Source: an uncultured Gaiellaceae bacterium
GTDB taxonomy: Bacteria > Actinomycetota > Thermoleophilia > Gaiellales > Gaiellaceae
Reading direction: 5' to 3'
Assembly (NCBI GenBank): GCA_963846995.1
Contig: CAWJYD010000006.1
Span: 6,389-70,388 of the forward strand
DNA length: 64,000 bases
The translations under genes and the position numbers were made by a program. Positions 21,277 to 31,101 of the stretch are shown piece by piece. Under the pieces are notes generated by a model. It was given only the letters and a program-made list of their open reading frames with translations, had not been told where the DNA came from and did not search any database. Every line of letters starts with the position of its first letter. Position 1 is the stretch's first letter.

Positions 21277-21575
21277 CAGGGCTCCTTCCTTTCGGTCGGG
21301 TTGGATGTGCGGAGCGAGGGGACGATTCGCTCGAAGGGAATCTCGGCACGTGCGGCGACGGCCCGGACGGCACGCGCCGAGGGCCCGTTGAAGACGAAGA
21401 ACACGACCTCGTCGTCCGGCATGAGGATCGTGCCGACGTAGCCCACGCCGTCCTCGTGGCTCGCGGTGCTCCTCCGCGCGCGGAGGTCGACTTCCGTCAG
21501 CTGTGCCTCCGTCACCCCCGGCCAGAGACATTCCGCGAGGTACTCAGTAACCGCCGGCGAGTCCTCTCGTGCCAT
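21276..21575 (-). CDS. DUF4242-like small protein (second copy)
   Basis: A 99-codon frame runs from the ATG at 21575 (MAREDSPAVTEYLAECLWPGVTEAQL..VVFFVFNGPSARAVRAVAARAEIPFERIVPSL..). It has the same motif logic as the 1660-1956 gene. As assembled, no stop codon separates it from the upstream LuxR HTH. Confidence 0.6.
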   Translation of the reverse strand: MAREDSPAVTEYLAECLWPGVTEAQLTEVDLRARRSTASHEDGVGYVGTILMPDDEVVFFVFNGPSARAVRAVAARAEIPFERIVPSLRTSNPTERKEP

Positions 21576-24390
21576 GGCTCGAGCGTGCCCGGCCGCGCCA
21601 CGCGGCGCATCGGGTGTTTCCCACGTCTCGGGGCGCTCGCGGGTCGCCATGTACGCGCCCAGCTCGGCCCGCGAGTGGATCCCGAGCTTGCGGTAGGCGC
21701 GCGAGAGGTTGGCCTCGACGGTCTTCGGGCTGACGAAGATGCGCTCGGCGATCTGGCGGTTCGTGAGGCCGGAGGCGGCCAGCGCTGCGACGGTGTGCTC
21801 GCTCGGCGTCAGCTCGTCTCCCGATCCCTTCTGCAGCCCGAGCCGGCGGCGTTCGGCGCGTGCCCGCTCCGCCCACAGGGGCGCGCCGAGCTCGTCGAGG
21901 AGGGCGATGCTCCGTCGAGAGCGTCGTCTGCAAGACGCCGCTCGTTGCGGCGTCGCAGGATCTGGCCCTTCGCGAGCAGCGTGCGTGCGAGCTCGAACGG
22001 GATCGGAAGACGCTCGTGTGCGATGAGGGCCTCCTCGATTGCCGCGGCCGCTCCGTCCAGCTCGCCCCGAGCGAAGCACAGGAGCGCGCGGCAGCGAGCT
22101 CCGGTCGCTGCCGCCCAGGCGGACGAGCGCGGGTCGAGCTCCGCGAGCAGTTCTTCGGCTGCGTCGAGCTCGCCGAGCCCGACGAGCGCCTCGGCCTGGT
22201 CGGCGAGCGAACGAAGAAGCCTCGGCTCGCCGACGCCGATGCGCTTCTCGATCTCCGAAGAACGAGCGAACCATCCGCTCGCACCGGCCAGATCTCCGCG
22301 TCCGAGGTCGCAGAAGCCGAGGGCCACCTGGCTGTCGGCCACGAACCAGCTGCTTTCCACGGCGGCCGCGAGCTCGAGCGCCGCCTCCGCTTCGGCATGC
22401 GCCTCGCGCGTTCGCCCCCGCAGCGTGTCGAGCACGGACCTGGCCACGAGCAGCCAGCAGCGGAGCCACTCTTGCCCCGTGCGATCGACGATGTGGTCGC
22501 CCCCTTCGAGGTACGTCTCGGCGAGCTGCCACTTGCCCGACCTGGTCTCGATCACCGCGAGACGGATCAACGTTCGCGCGAGCTGCACCTCGTCGCCGTG
22601 CGCGAGCGCGATGTCGCGCTCGCGCTCGAACTCCTCGCGCGCCTCGTCGAGCTCGTCGGCATAGATGCGAAGGATCCCGAGCAGGCGCGCCGACGGTCTC
22701 ACGTCCTCGTAGTGATGGATGCGATGGAGGACCGTCCTTCCTGCCGAGCGCCGGCAGCGGCTTCCTCGAGCTCCGCTGCCCGGTTCACGAGGTCGTATCG
22801 CAAGCCGCGGCCGACGAAGAACTCCGCCTCGGCGAGCGCGAGGAGCGCGTAGGCCTCGAGCTCCGGTCTCACGGCGGCTTTCGTCGCGAGCTCGTGCGCC
22901 TCGTGCGCGTACGTTGCCTTGCGTCCGACGTCATCGTCCGACATGCGCGACGCGGCGGCGAGTATCTCCACGCGGAGCTCCGGGTCGTCTTCTGACGCCT
23001 CGAGTGCCGCGTCGCACAGCCTCACGGCGTCTCCTGCCTGCGACGTCTCGCTGCGGAACGCGAGCAGGAGGAGCGCGCGCGCGCGTACCGGTCCGGGGGC
23101 GTTGTCGGCGATGTCGCGGAGGACGGTCGTCGCGCGCTCCGGGTCGCCGGCCTCCGAGAGCAGGCCTCCGAGCTCGAGCCGTCGTGAGTCGCGGGTTCCC
23201 GCCTCCTCGGGGGTGAGGTCGCAGGCGAGCTCGAGGAGCTCGATCGCGGCGTCCGGAGCGCCGCGCTCCCGCGCAGCCCGGGCAGCCTCCGCGAGCATCC
23301 CGGCAACCTTTTCGTCGGGCGCCTCGGCGGCGAGCGCGAGGTGCCGCGCACGCTCCTCGGGGCTCGTCACCCGCACTGCGAGCTTGCGATGCACCGCGCG
23401 ACGGTCGGCGACCGACGCGTTCGCGTAGACGGAAGCGGCGAGCAGCGGATGGGCAAACCGCACGCCTCCGCCGCCGTCGATGCTCACGACGCCGGCCGCT
23501 TCGGCTTTCCGGATGGACGTGCGATCGAGCAGATCGAGCGTCGGCGTCGAGAGCGCAGCAGCGGCGAGCAGTGCCCGTCGTGTGCCCGCAGGCAGCCTCC
23601 GGAGCCGGCCCGCGATCAGCTCGGTCAGGTCGTCCGGGACGGGTAGCGGCGCGGAGCCGTGCACGGGTTCGCCACGCTCCACGAGCGCGCGGGCGAGCTC
23701 GATTGCGAAGAAGGGGTTCCCGGACGAGACGGCTTCGATCCGCACCAGCATCGGTCGCGGAAAGGTCACGGCCAGCTCGGCCTTCAGGACCTCGTGGAGC
23801 GACGCGAGGCTCAGCGGCGGCAGCGCGATCCTGGTCGACCGCAGTGCGACGAACGCGCTCGCCCAGTCGCCCCCTGGTCGCGCTGCGGCGAGGACGCCGA
23901 CCCGCTCGCTCTCGAGCCGCCGCAGTGCGAACTCGAGAACGCGCCGCGACGGGCGGTCGAGCCACTGGAGGTCGTCGACCGCGACGAGGACGGAGGTCTC
24001 GGCGGCGAGGACGCGCAGTATTCCCAGGAACGCAGTCGAGACCTCCCGTTGCTCTGGTGCTGGGCCGTCGGGATCGTCGCGGAGGAGCGCGACGCGGAGC
24101 GCGCGTCGCTGCGGGGCCGGGAGCGCTTCCAGGGCATCGTCGTCGACATCCGAGAGGAAGTCGCCGAGTCCGGCGAAGGTCAGCCGGGTCTCCGAAGGCC
24201 CCGGCCGCGAGGCGAGGATGCGAAAGCCGAGCTCGCGGGCCCGGGAAGTGGCTGCCTGCCAGACGGTCGTCTTCCCGATGCCCGGCTCTCCCTCGACGAG
24301 CAGCCGCGCCGGTCCGTCGTCGAGGGCCGCGAGGAACGCGTCGACGACGTCGAGCTCCGCAGCACGGCCGACGACCGCTCGTCCGGGCAT
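21576..24390 (-). pseudogene. LuxR/LAL-family regulator (AAA ATPase + TPR-like + LuxR HTH), with 2 frame breaks as assembled
   Basis: Three consecutive ORFs (24390-22699, 22702-21809, 22532-21576) read through a Walker A motif (GEPGIGKT), helical repeats, and ..LTPSEHTVAALAASGLTNRQIAERIFVSPKTVEANLSRAYRKLG... The hand-overs are near 22740 and 21915. Confidence 0.8.
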
Positions 24391-24409
24391 CCTCGAAGCG
24401 TAAGCGCGG

Positions 24410-25246
24410 TCAACCCGAGGCGACGAGCGCCGCCCCCGCGAGCGCGACGACCCCGCCGACCCGCTTCTCCCGGCTCAGCCGCTCGCCGAGGACGAACCGC
24501 GCGAGCACGACCGTCAGGATCGGATAGAGCGCGCCGAGGACTGCGACGACGCCGACGGGTATGCGGTTCGAGGCGATTGCGACGAGGACGTTCGCACCGG
24601 TGTCGAAGAGCCCGCACGCCACGATCAGCGGGAGGACGCGTCGCGACTCCGGCCGCAGCGACGTCGAGGTCAGGAGTGCGACGGCGACTGCGATCGTCAC
24701 CGAGGACGCCCGCGACGCGGCGACCGCCCAGTTCGCGCTCTCGTCGGCTCCCGCGTCGAGCCCGACGATGAAGCCGCCGAAGCCGATGGCCGCGAGGAGC
24801 GCGAGTCCTGCACCTGCGGACAGCCGCGACCCTCCCGTGCCCGCGCTCTCGCGCGAGAGCGCGACGATCCCGAGGATCACGAGCCCGATACCCAGCCACT
24901 GCAGCGTGCTCGGCACGATCCCGCGCGCGGCGTCGACGGCGAGCGGCGCGATCGGCCAGGCGGCGGAGATCGGCGCGACGATCCCCATCGCCCCGATCGC
25001 AAACCCGCGATAGAGCGCGGCGAGGCCGAGGACCCCCGCCGCGCCTCCCGCCACCGCCGGCAGCAGCGGCACGACGCCGGGGAACGCGTCACCGGAGACG
25101 AGCGCCCACGCGAGCACGCCCGCGAGCCCGACGCCCTGTGAGATCGCGAGGACGACGAGGACGGCAGTTCGACGCGACGCGATGCCGCCGCAGAAGTCTC
25201 CGACGCCCCAGCAGGCGGCGCCGGCGAGCGCGAGTAGCGCTGCCAC
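24410..25246 (-). CDS. EamA/DMT-family transporter
   Basis: Intact 278-aa ORF that is hydrophobic throughout, with about 10 predicted TM spans and a two-fold EamA-like repeat architecture. Confidence 0.85.
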   Translation of the reverse strand: MAALLALAGAACWGVGDFCGGIASRRTAVLVVLAISQGVGLAGVLAWALVSGDAFPGVVPLLPAVAGGAAGVLGLAALYRGFAIGAMGIVAPISAAWPIAPLAVDAARGIVPSTLQWLGIGLVILGIVALSRESAGTGGSRLSAGAGLALLAAIGFGGFIVGLDAGADESANWAVAASRASSVTIAVAVALLTSTSLRPESRRVLPLIVACGLFDTGANVLVAIASNRIPVGVVAVLGALYPILTVVLARFVLGERLSREKRVGGVVALAGAALVASG

Positions 25247-25252
25247 TGAGCG

Positions 25253-26089
25253 TCAGTCGCCGACGGGGCGCGTCGCGGCTTGCGCGTCGAGCTGGTTCGC
25301 GTGGTAGAGGACGGCCGCCTCGGCGGTCTTCGCCGCCGGCCGGTCGTGGTGACAGCCGATCGCGTGCAGCAGCTCGGAGAGCACCGCGGGATCGAGATCG
25401 CGGCCGCGCTCCTCGACCAGGCGCAGGCCGAGGTGGACGTGTCCGAGCAGGCGGCCCTCCTCCGTCTGCCGGAAGGACGGCCCCGGCCCGAGCTCGCGGA
25501 TCCGGCCGAGGTCGTGCAGAAGTGCCGCGGCGAGCAGCAGGTCGTCGCGCAGGCGCGGATGGAGCTGTGCGGTCTCGCGGCAGAGCGTCGCGACACCGAC
25601 GGTGTGTTCGAGCAGGCCGCCGGCGTAGCCGTGGTGCCCGTCCGCTCCGGCCGCGGGCAGCGTGCGGAGCGACGACCGCACTCCGGAGTCGCCGACGAAC
25701 GCGCCGACCAGCCCGGCGAGGCCCGGATGGGCGATCTCGGACGCGAGGAACTCGTAGAAGCCGTCGAGCTCGTCGGGGTCCCGGCGGAGTGACGGCGTGA
25801 GAGACGAGGGGTCGGCGTCCTCCGCGGCCTCGACCGCTCGCACCTGCACCTGCAGCTTGCCGCCGAAGCGCTCGACCCGGCCGAGGATGTGCACCGCATC
25901 GCCTTCGCCGAAGCGCTGGTCGAGGAGGTCGACGTCGTTCCACACCCGCGCCTCGACGCGCCCGCTCGCGTCCGCGAGCTCGAGTGCGAGGTAGGGGGCG
26001 CCCGCGCGCGTGCGGCGGCGCTCCTTCTTCGTGACCGCGAACACGCCCTCCACCGTCCTGTCTTCTGCGAGCTCTGCGATCGTCGTCAC
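25253..26089 (-). CDS. OB-fold + HD-domain phosphohydrolase (YhaM-like 3'-5' exoribonuclease family)
   Basis: Intact 278-aa ORF. It has an N-terminal OB-like segment (..GVFAVTKKERRRTRAGAPYLALELADASGRVEARVW..) and then HD motifs (..HHGYAGGLLEHT..LLHDLG..). Confidence 0.8.
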   Translation of the reverse strand: MTTIAELAEDRTVEGVFAVTKKERRRTRAGAPYLALELADASGRVEARVWNDVDLLDQRFGEGDAVHILGRVERFGGKLQVQVRAVEAAEDADPSSLTPSLRRDPDELDGFYEFLASEIAHPGLAGLVGAFVGDSGVRSSLRTLPAAGADGHHGYAGGLLEHTVGVATLCRETAQLHPRLRDDLLLAAALLHDLGRIRELGPGPSFRQTEEGRLLGHVHLGLRLVEERGRDLDPAVLSELLHAIGCHHDRPAAKTAEAAVLYHANQLDAQAATRPVGD

Positions 26090-26133
26090 GCGGCGAGTCT
26101 AGTAACGACAAGGCCGTTGGTACGCTCGCCGCG

Positions 26134-27207
26134 ATGGCCGAGGTCACGCCGTTCCGCGCCGTCCGCTACACCGGTGCGGCCGGCGACTTGGCGGACCTCG
26201 TCGCGCCCCCGTACGACGCCGTCGACGACGAGGAGCGCGCGCGCCTGTACACGCGCAGCCCCTACAACGTCGTCCACGTGACGCTTCCCGAGTCGGCTGC
26301 GGCGGCGGGGCGCCTCTACCGCGACTGGCTCGCGAGCGGGATCCTCGCCAGGGACGACGACGAGGCGATGTGGCTGGCCGCCGAGCGCTACGTCGGGCCG
26401 GACGGAGTCGAGCGCGAGCGGCACGGAGTGATCGGCTCGGTCGCGGCGGAGCCGTACGCGACCGGAGGCGTCCTCCCGCACGAGCGGACGCACGCTCGCA
26501 TCCGCGACGACCGGCTCGAGCTCCTGCGCGCGACTCGGGTGCAGCCCGAGCCGCTCCTGCTGCTCGCCGCGGGGACGCTCGAGCCGTCGATCCCGGAGCG
26601 CGAGCCCGACCTCGAAGCCGACGGGACGCGGCTCTGGCGCAGCGCCGGGAGCGAGGGGATCGACGTGGGAGAGCTGCTGGTCGCCGACGGCCACCATCGC
26701 TACGAGAGCGCCGTCGAGCTCGGACGCGAACTCGGCGACTGGTCGCGCATCATGGCGCTCGTCGTCTCCGTCGACGACGCGGGTCTGCACGTGTTCCCGA
26801 CCCACCGCGTCTTCGTGGGGCGTCCCGATCTCTCGGAGCTCCCGCGGGGGGAGCGGGTCGCAGATCTCGACGCGGGGCTGGCGGCGCTCGCGCGCGAGCC
26901 GCGCGACCGTTCTGCGGCGCTGGTCTATCGCCCCGGGCGGGTCGAGCTCGTCCGCGGCTCGGAAGGCGACCTGGACGCGGCCCTGGTCGACCGGCACGGT
27001 CTCGACGGCATCGGCTACACGTCGAGTGCGAGGGAGGCGGCCGCTGCCGTCGACCGCGGCGGCGCGGACGTCGCGTTCGTCGTGCGGGCGCCGCTCGTCG
27101 ATGACGCCTTCGCGGTGGCGCGTCGCGGCGAGAGGATGCCGGCGAAGAGCACGTACTTCACCCCGAAGCCGCTCTCGGGCCTCGTCTTCCACCCGCTCGA
27201 GCGATGA
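26134..27207 (+). CDS. DUF1015-family protein
   Basis: Intact 357-aa ORF. The N-terminus MAEVTPFRAVRYTG...LVAPPYDAV and ..LPHERTHA..DRL.LLRAT..QPEP.. are recognised by eye as the DUF1015 pattern. Confidence 0.8.
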   Translation: MAEVTPFRAVRYTGAAGDLADLVAPPYDAVDDEERARLYTRSPYNVVHVTLPESAAAAGRLYRDWLASGILARDDDEAMWLAAERYVGPDGVERERHGVIGSVAAEPYATGGVLPHERTHARIRDDRLELLRATRVQPEPLLLLAAGTLEPSIPEREPDLEADGTRLWRSAGSEGIDVGELLVADGHHRYESAVELGRELGDWSRIMALVVSVDDAGLHVFPTHRVFVGRPDLSELPRGERVADLDAGLAALAREPRDRSAALVYRPGRVELVRGSEGDLDAALVDRHGLDGIGYTSSAREAAAAVDRGGADVAFVVRAPLVDDAFAVARRGERMPAKSTYFTPKPLSGLVFHPLER

Positions 27208-28005
27208 CGCCCTGGCTCGAGACCTGCCGGCTCTGCGCTGCGGACATCCGCGGAGTCCTCGAGCGGCTGCCGACGCGCGTCGAGCGCGAGCCCGTCCTGC
27301 GGCTGGGTCAGGGGGGCGACGACACGACGGCGATCGACCAGGCGGCGGAGGACGCCGTCGTCGAGCGGCTCGCCGCGCTCGACCAGGACTTCGTGCTCGT
27401 GTCCGAGGAGCTCGGGGAACGGAGGTTCGGGCGGGGAAGCGAGCTGCGTGTCGTCGTCGATCCGATCGACGGCTCCGTGAACGCGAAGCGCGGCATCCCC
27501 TTTTTCTCGTTCTCGCTCGCCGTCGCCGAGGGTCGGACGATGGGAGACGTCGTCTTCGGCTACGTCTACGACTTCGGGTCGGGCGAGGAGTGGACGGCGG
27601 AGCGTGGAGCCGGCGCTTTCCTCGACGGCGTGAGACTCGGCGCGGTGCGGCCGAAGGACACGCTCGAAATCCTCTCCTTCGAGGGGACGACGACGTCTGC
27701 GATCGCCGAGCTCGGTGGCGCCCGTCGCGCGAATCGCCGATCGGCTTCGGGTGATGGGCTCGCTCGCGCTCTCGCTCTGCCACCTCGCGGCGGGTCGCGT
27801 CGACGGCGTGGTCTCGCTCAAGGCCGCACGCTCCGTCGACATCGCCGCAGCCCAGCTGCTCGTGCGCGAATGCGGCCTCGCGATCGACCTCTTCGAGGAT
27901 CCGCCGTTCGACGCGGCGCCGCTCGACCTCGGGACGCGGTCGCGCGTCGCGGCGGCGGGAACGCCCGAGCTCGTGGCCGAGCTCGGCGCAACCCTTCGCG
28001 GCTAG
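27204..28005 (+). pseudogene. Inositol monophosphatase / FBPase-family protein, with one frame break as assembled
   Basis: The blocks ..LVSEELGE.., ..VVVDPIDGSVNAKRGIPFFSFSLA.. and then ..RVMGSLALSLCHLAAGRVDGVV.. are in the next frame. The switch is at ..gagctcGGtggcg.. (27714-27715). Confidence 0.8.
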
Positions 28006-28283
28006 GCCGAGCCCGTGTCCTGCGCAGCGGGCGCCGGCTGCGGGGTCGTCGGAATGTCGTCGCCCGAGCCGCAGACGAGGACGCCAGAATTCGACTCGAC
28101 GCACCGCAGATGGCCGTGCATGCCCGACCAGATCCCGGCAAGGTAGAAGGCGCCGCAGAGGAGCGTGACTGCGAGCAGCAGCAGTGGACGTCGCAGGCGA
28201 CGCCATGGGGTCGTGCGTCGCACGACCAGCTCCCTGCTCACCGTACCCAGCTCGGACACTCTCCCCCTTCCCCTGCCCTTCAC
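28002..28283 (-). CDS. Small membrane protein, hypothetical
   Basis: 93-aa ORF with one clear hydrophobic span (LLLLAVTLLCGAFYLAGIW). The start codon is uncertain and I recognise no homology. Confidence 0.4.
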   Translation of the reverse strand: MKGRGRGRVSELGTVSRELVVRRTTPWRRLRRPLLLLAVTLLCGAFYLAGIWSGMHGHLRCVESNSGVLVCGSGDDIPTTPQPAPAAQDTGSA

Positions 28284-28342
28284 TCAACTCAGGGATGGGG
28301 CCCATGTCAAGCGCTCGCAGGGCCGCTGGTACGCTCGCCAGG

Positions 28343-29428
28343 ATGCGACCCGACCGCGACGCGATCCTGAAGGCGCTCGAGAACGTCATCGATCCCGAGC
28401 TCCGTCGGCCCGTGACGGAGCTCGACATGGTGCGCGACGTCCTCGTCGAGGACGACGGCTCCGTCTCGGTGACGATCGCGCTCACCGTCGCCGGCTGTCC
28501 GCTGCGCGACTCGTTCCAGGAGCAGGTGTCGCGGCACGTCGGCGAGGTTCCCGGCGTTACCCGCGTGCGGCTCGGGTTCGACGTGATGACGCCGGAGGAG
28601 AAGGCGGCGCTCGTCTCGCGCCTGCGCGGTGGGCACGCCGCCGACCGCACGATCTCGCTCTCGCCGTCGACGCGGGTCATTGCCATCGCATCGGGGAAGG
28701 GTGGCGTGGGGAAATCGACGCTGACCGCCAACCTCGCCTATGCGCTCTCGGCTCTCGGCGAGCAGGTGGGGGTGCTCGACGGGGACATCTACGGCCACTC
28801 GATCCCGCACATGCTCGGCGTCCACCAGAAGCCGATCGCCGTCGACGAGATGATCGTGCCGCCGGTCCGCGGCGACCTGAAGCTCATGTCGATCGGGTTC
28901 TTCCTCGACGAGAACGCGCCGATCATGTGGCGCGGGCCGATGCTGCACAAGGCGCTCGAGCAGTTCCTCTCCGACGTCCACTGGGGCGAGCTCGACACGC
29001 TCCTCGTGGACATGCCGCCGGGGACCGGCGACGTCGCGATGTCGCTCGGCCAGCTCCTCCCGCGCGCCGAGGCGCTCGTCGTCACGACCCCGCAGCCGGC
29101 GGCGCAGCAGGTCGCCGTGCGCGCTGCCCAGATGGCGCGGAAGACCGGGATGCGCCTCGTCGGCGCAGTCGAGAACATGTCCTATCTCGCCGGGACCGGG
29201 GAGGAGCTCTTCGGCTCCGGCGGCGGCCAGGCGCTCGCGGACGAGATGGGCGTCCCGCTCCTCGCTCGCATCCCGCTCGATCCGCTCCTGCGCGAGGCCG
29301 CCGACGACGGCGCGCCGCTCGCGGAGCTGCACCCGGACGCGGAGGCCGCGGTCGCCATCGCCGCGCTCGCGGAGTCCGTCGCGGCTTCACGCGCCGGGAC
29401 GATCCGGAAGGCCCTGACGGTTCTCTAG
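28343..29428 (+). CDS. mrp: Mrp/NBP35/ApbC-family Fe-S cluster carrier ATPase
   Basis: Intact from the ATG at 28343. It has an N-terminal DUF59-like segment (..LENVIDPELRRPVTELDMV..), then ..IAIASGKGGVGKST.. and ..DMPPGTGD... The whole protein is typical Mrp. Confidence 0.9.
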   Translation: MRPDRDAILKALENVIDPELRRPVTELDMVRDVLVEDDGSVSVTIALTVAGCPLRDSFQEQVSRHVGEVPGVTRVRLGFDVMTPEEKAALVSRLRGGHAADRTISLSPSTRVIAIASGKGGVGKSTLTANLAYALSALGEQVGVLDGDIYGHSIPHMLGVHQKPIAVDEMIVPPVRGDLKLMSIGFFLDENAPIMWRGPMLHKALEQFLSDVHWGELDTLLVDMPPGTGDVAMSLGQLLPRAEALVVTTPQPAAQQVAVRAAQMARKTGMRLVGAVENMSYLAGTGEELFGSGGGQALADEMGVPLLARIPLDPLLREAADDGAPLAELHPDAEAAVAIAALAESVAASRAGTIRKALTVL

Positions 29429-29431
29429 AGG

Positions 29432-30108
29432 GTGGCCGGGGCCGCCTTCTTCGACCTCGATCGCACGCTGCTCTCGCGCTCGAGCTCGCTGGCGCTCGCC
29501 GGGACGTTCTGGCGGCACGGACTCATCGGGCGACGGCACATCGCGCAGGCGACGCTCGCGCAGCTCGTGTTCACCACCTTCGGAGCGGGGCAGGCGCGCG
29601 TAGGGCGTACGGCGGACCGAGCGGTGTCCGTCCTACGGGGCCTCTCGGTCGACGTGATGCGCGGCATCGTCGCCGAGGCGTGGCCGACGGTCCTCCGGCC
29701 GCTCGTCTACCGCGAGGCTCTCGACCTCGCAGCGTCGCACGAGGCGCGCGGCGAGCGCGTGTACATCGTGTCCGCGGCCCTGCAGGAGGTCGTCGACATG
29801 ATCTCGCAGGAGCTCGGGTTCGACGGCGCCCTCGCGTCGCAGGCGGAGGTCGAGGAGGGCGTCTACACGGGACGGCTGGAGCGGAGGCTGTACGGCTTCG
29901 AGAAGCGGGTCGCGCTCGAGGAGCTGGCGAGCGCCCAGGGGCTCGATCTCGCGAAGTCGACTGCCTACTCGGACTCCCACACGGACCTCGCCTTCTCGAG
30001 GCGGTCGGGCACCCCGTCGCCGTGAATCCCGATCGCGCGCTCCGCCGAGTCGTTCGCGAACGGGGTTGGCCGGCGCTGCGTTTCCGGCACCGCCTGGGCA
30101 AGGCGTGA
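29432..30108 (+). pseudogene. HAD-IB family hydrolase (SerB-like), with one frame break as assembled
   Basis: It starts at a GTG, with the motif FFDLDRTLL, followed by ..VYIVSAAL.. and ..AYSDSHTDLAF... The last about 38 codons (..LEAVGHPVAVNPD..) are in another frame. The hand-over is near 29992. Confidence 0.75.
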
Positions 30109-30834
30109 CGAGCGCCGAGGCGCGCTCGCGGCTCGCGGCTCTCGGGCTGGAGCCCGCGCCGGTGGACGTCCTCGTCGCCCACTTCGAGGACGCCGACCGC
30201 CGAGGGAAGCCCGGCCATGGGCTCCTCCGGGTCGAGTGGCTGGAGACGGCAGGCGATCGATCCGCTCGCGCGATCGGTGCTGGTCGAGTCGCGGGAGGGA
30301 TACGAGCACTGGGACGGGCACGGCGCCCTCGGATACCTCGTTCTGGACGAGATCGTGCGCGCGACTCTCGCTGACCCGCCGGAGCGAGCTCGCGTCGTCG
30401 TCGCCTCTCGCTGCTTCCCGACCGGCGTCCTCGGCTACTGGGGTCGGCGGCTGGCCGACGGCGGACTCGTGGCGGCGCTCACCGCGACGTCGCCGCGCCG
30501 CCTCGCACACCCCGACGGCGGCCCTGCGCTCACCGGGACGAACCCGCTCGCGATCGCCATTCCGTCGAGCGACGGCGATCCTGTCGTTGCCGACGTCTCG
30601 ATGGGGGCGGTCACGCACGGCGACGTCCTCGCGGGGCGGGTGACCCGAGGAGCTCGTGCCGTTCGGCGGCGAGCAGTCGCACAAGGCGTTCGCGCTCGCG
30701 GTCGGGCTCGAGCTGCTCGTCGGCGCTCTGGCCGGCCCAGAGCACGGCGTCGTCCTCGTCGTCGCGCAGCCGGAGCACGATCCGGTGCCTGCGCTCCGCC
30801 GTCTTGCGGCGGCGCCCGGCTGCCCGGCGGCTAG
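30105..30834 (+). pseudogene. Ldh_2-family (malate/L-lactate/sulfolactate dehydrogenase-like) oxidoreductase, with about 4 frame breaks as assembled
   Basis: The GTG start overlaps the upstream stop (GTGA). The blocks ..RRGKPGHGLLRVEWL.., ..WDGHGALGYLV.., ..TGTNPLAIAIPS..VADVSMGAVTHGDV.. and ..FGGEQSHKAFALAVGLELL.. lie in three frames. Confidence 0.6.
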
Positions 30835-31101
30835 CCGTAGGTCATCTCCGCGAGGTCGAGCGCGAGCAGCGACTCGTCGGTGCACGAGCGCGCAGGCGAC
30901 CGGGCCGAGCGAGAGCGCCGCGTGCACCTCCTCGGGCGTCGACGCGCGGACCACGACCGGGGTCCCGGCGTGGTGGGCCTCGTGGATCGCCGCGAGGTCG
31001 GAGACGTCGTCGAGCACGAACGCGCCTTCGAGGTCGACGGCGCCCTCGAGCACGATCTCGGGAACCTTGCGCCCGGTGGCGCCGAACCAGCGCTCGCGCA
31101 T
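30831..31101 (-). pseudogene. Small hypothetical protein, with one frame break near the 3' end as assembled
   Basis: The ATG at 31101 overlaps the upstream stop (TGATG). It reads MRERWFGATGRKVPEIVLEGAVDLEGAFVLDDVSDLAAIHEAHHAGTPVVVRAS... I do not recognise the family. Confidence 0.4.

Noticed and set aside
24877-26147. Long minus- and plus-strand ORFs (340 aa, 352 aa, 220 aa) overlapping the EamA and HD-domain genes.
   Set aside because: These are alternative or antisense frames with Arg/Pro/Ala/Ser-rich composition. The EamA (24410-25246) and HD/OB (25253-26089) frames have clear family features.
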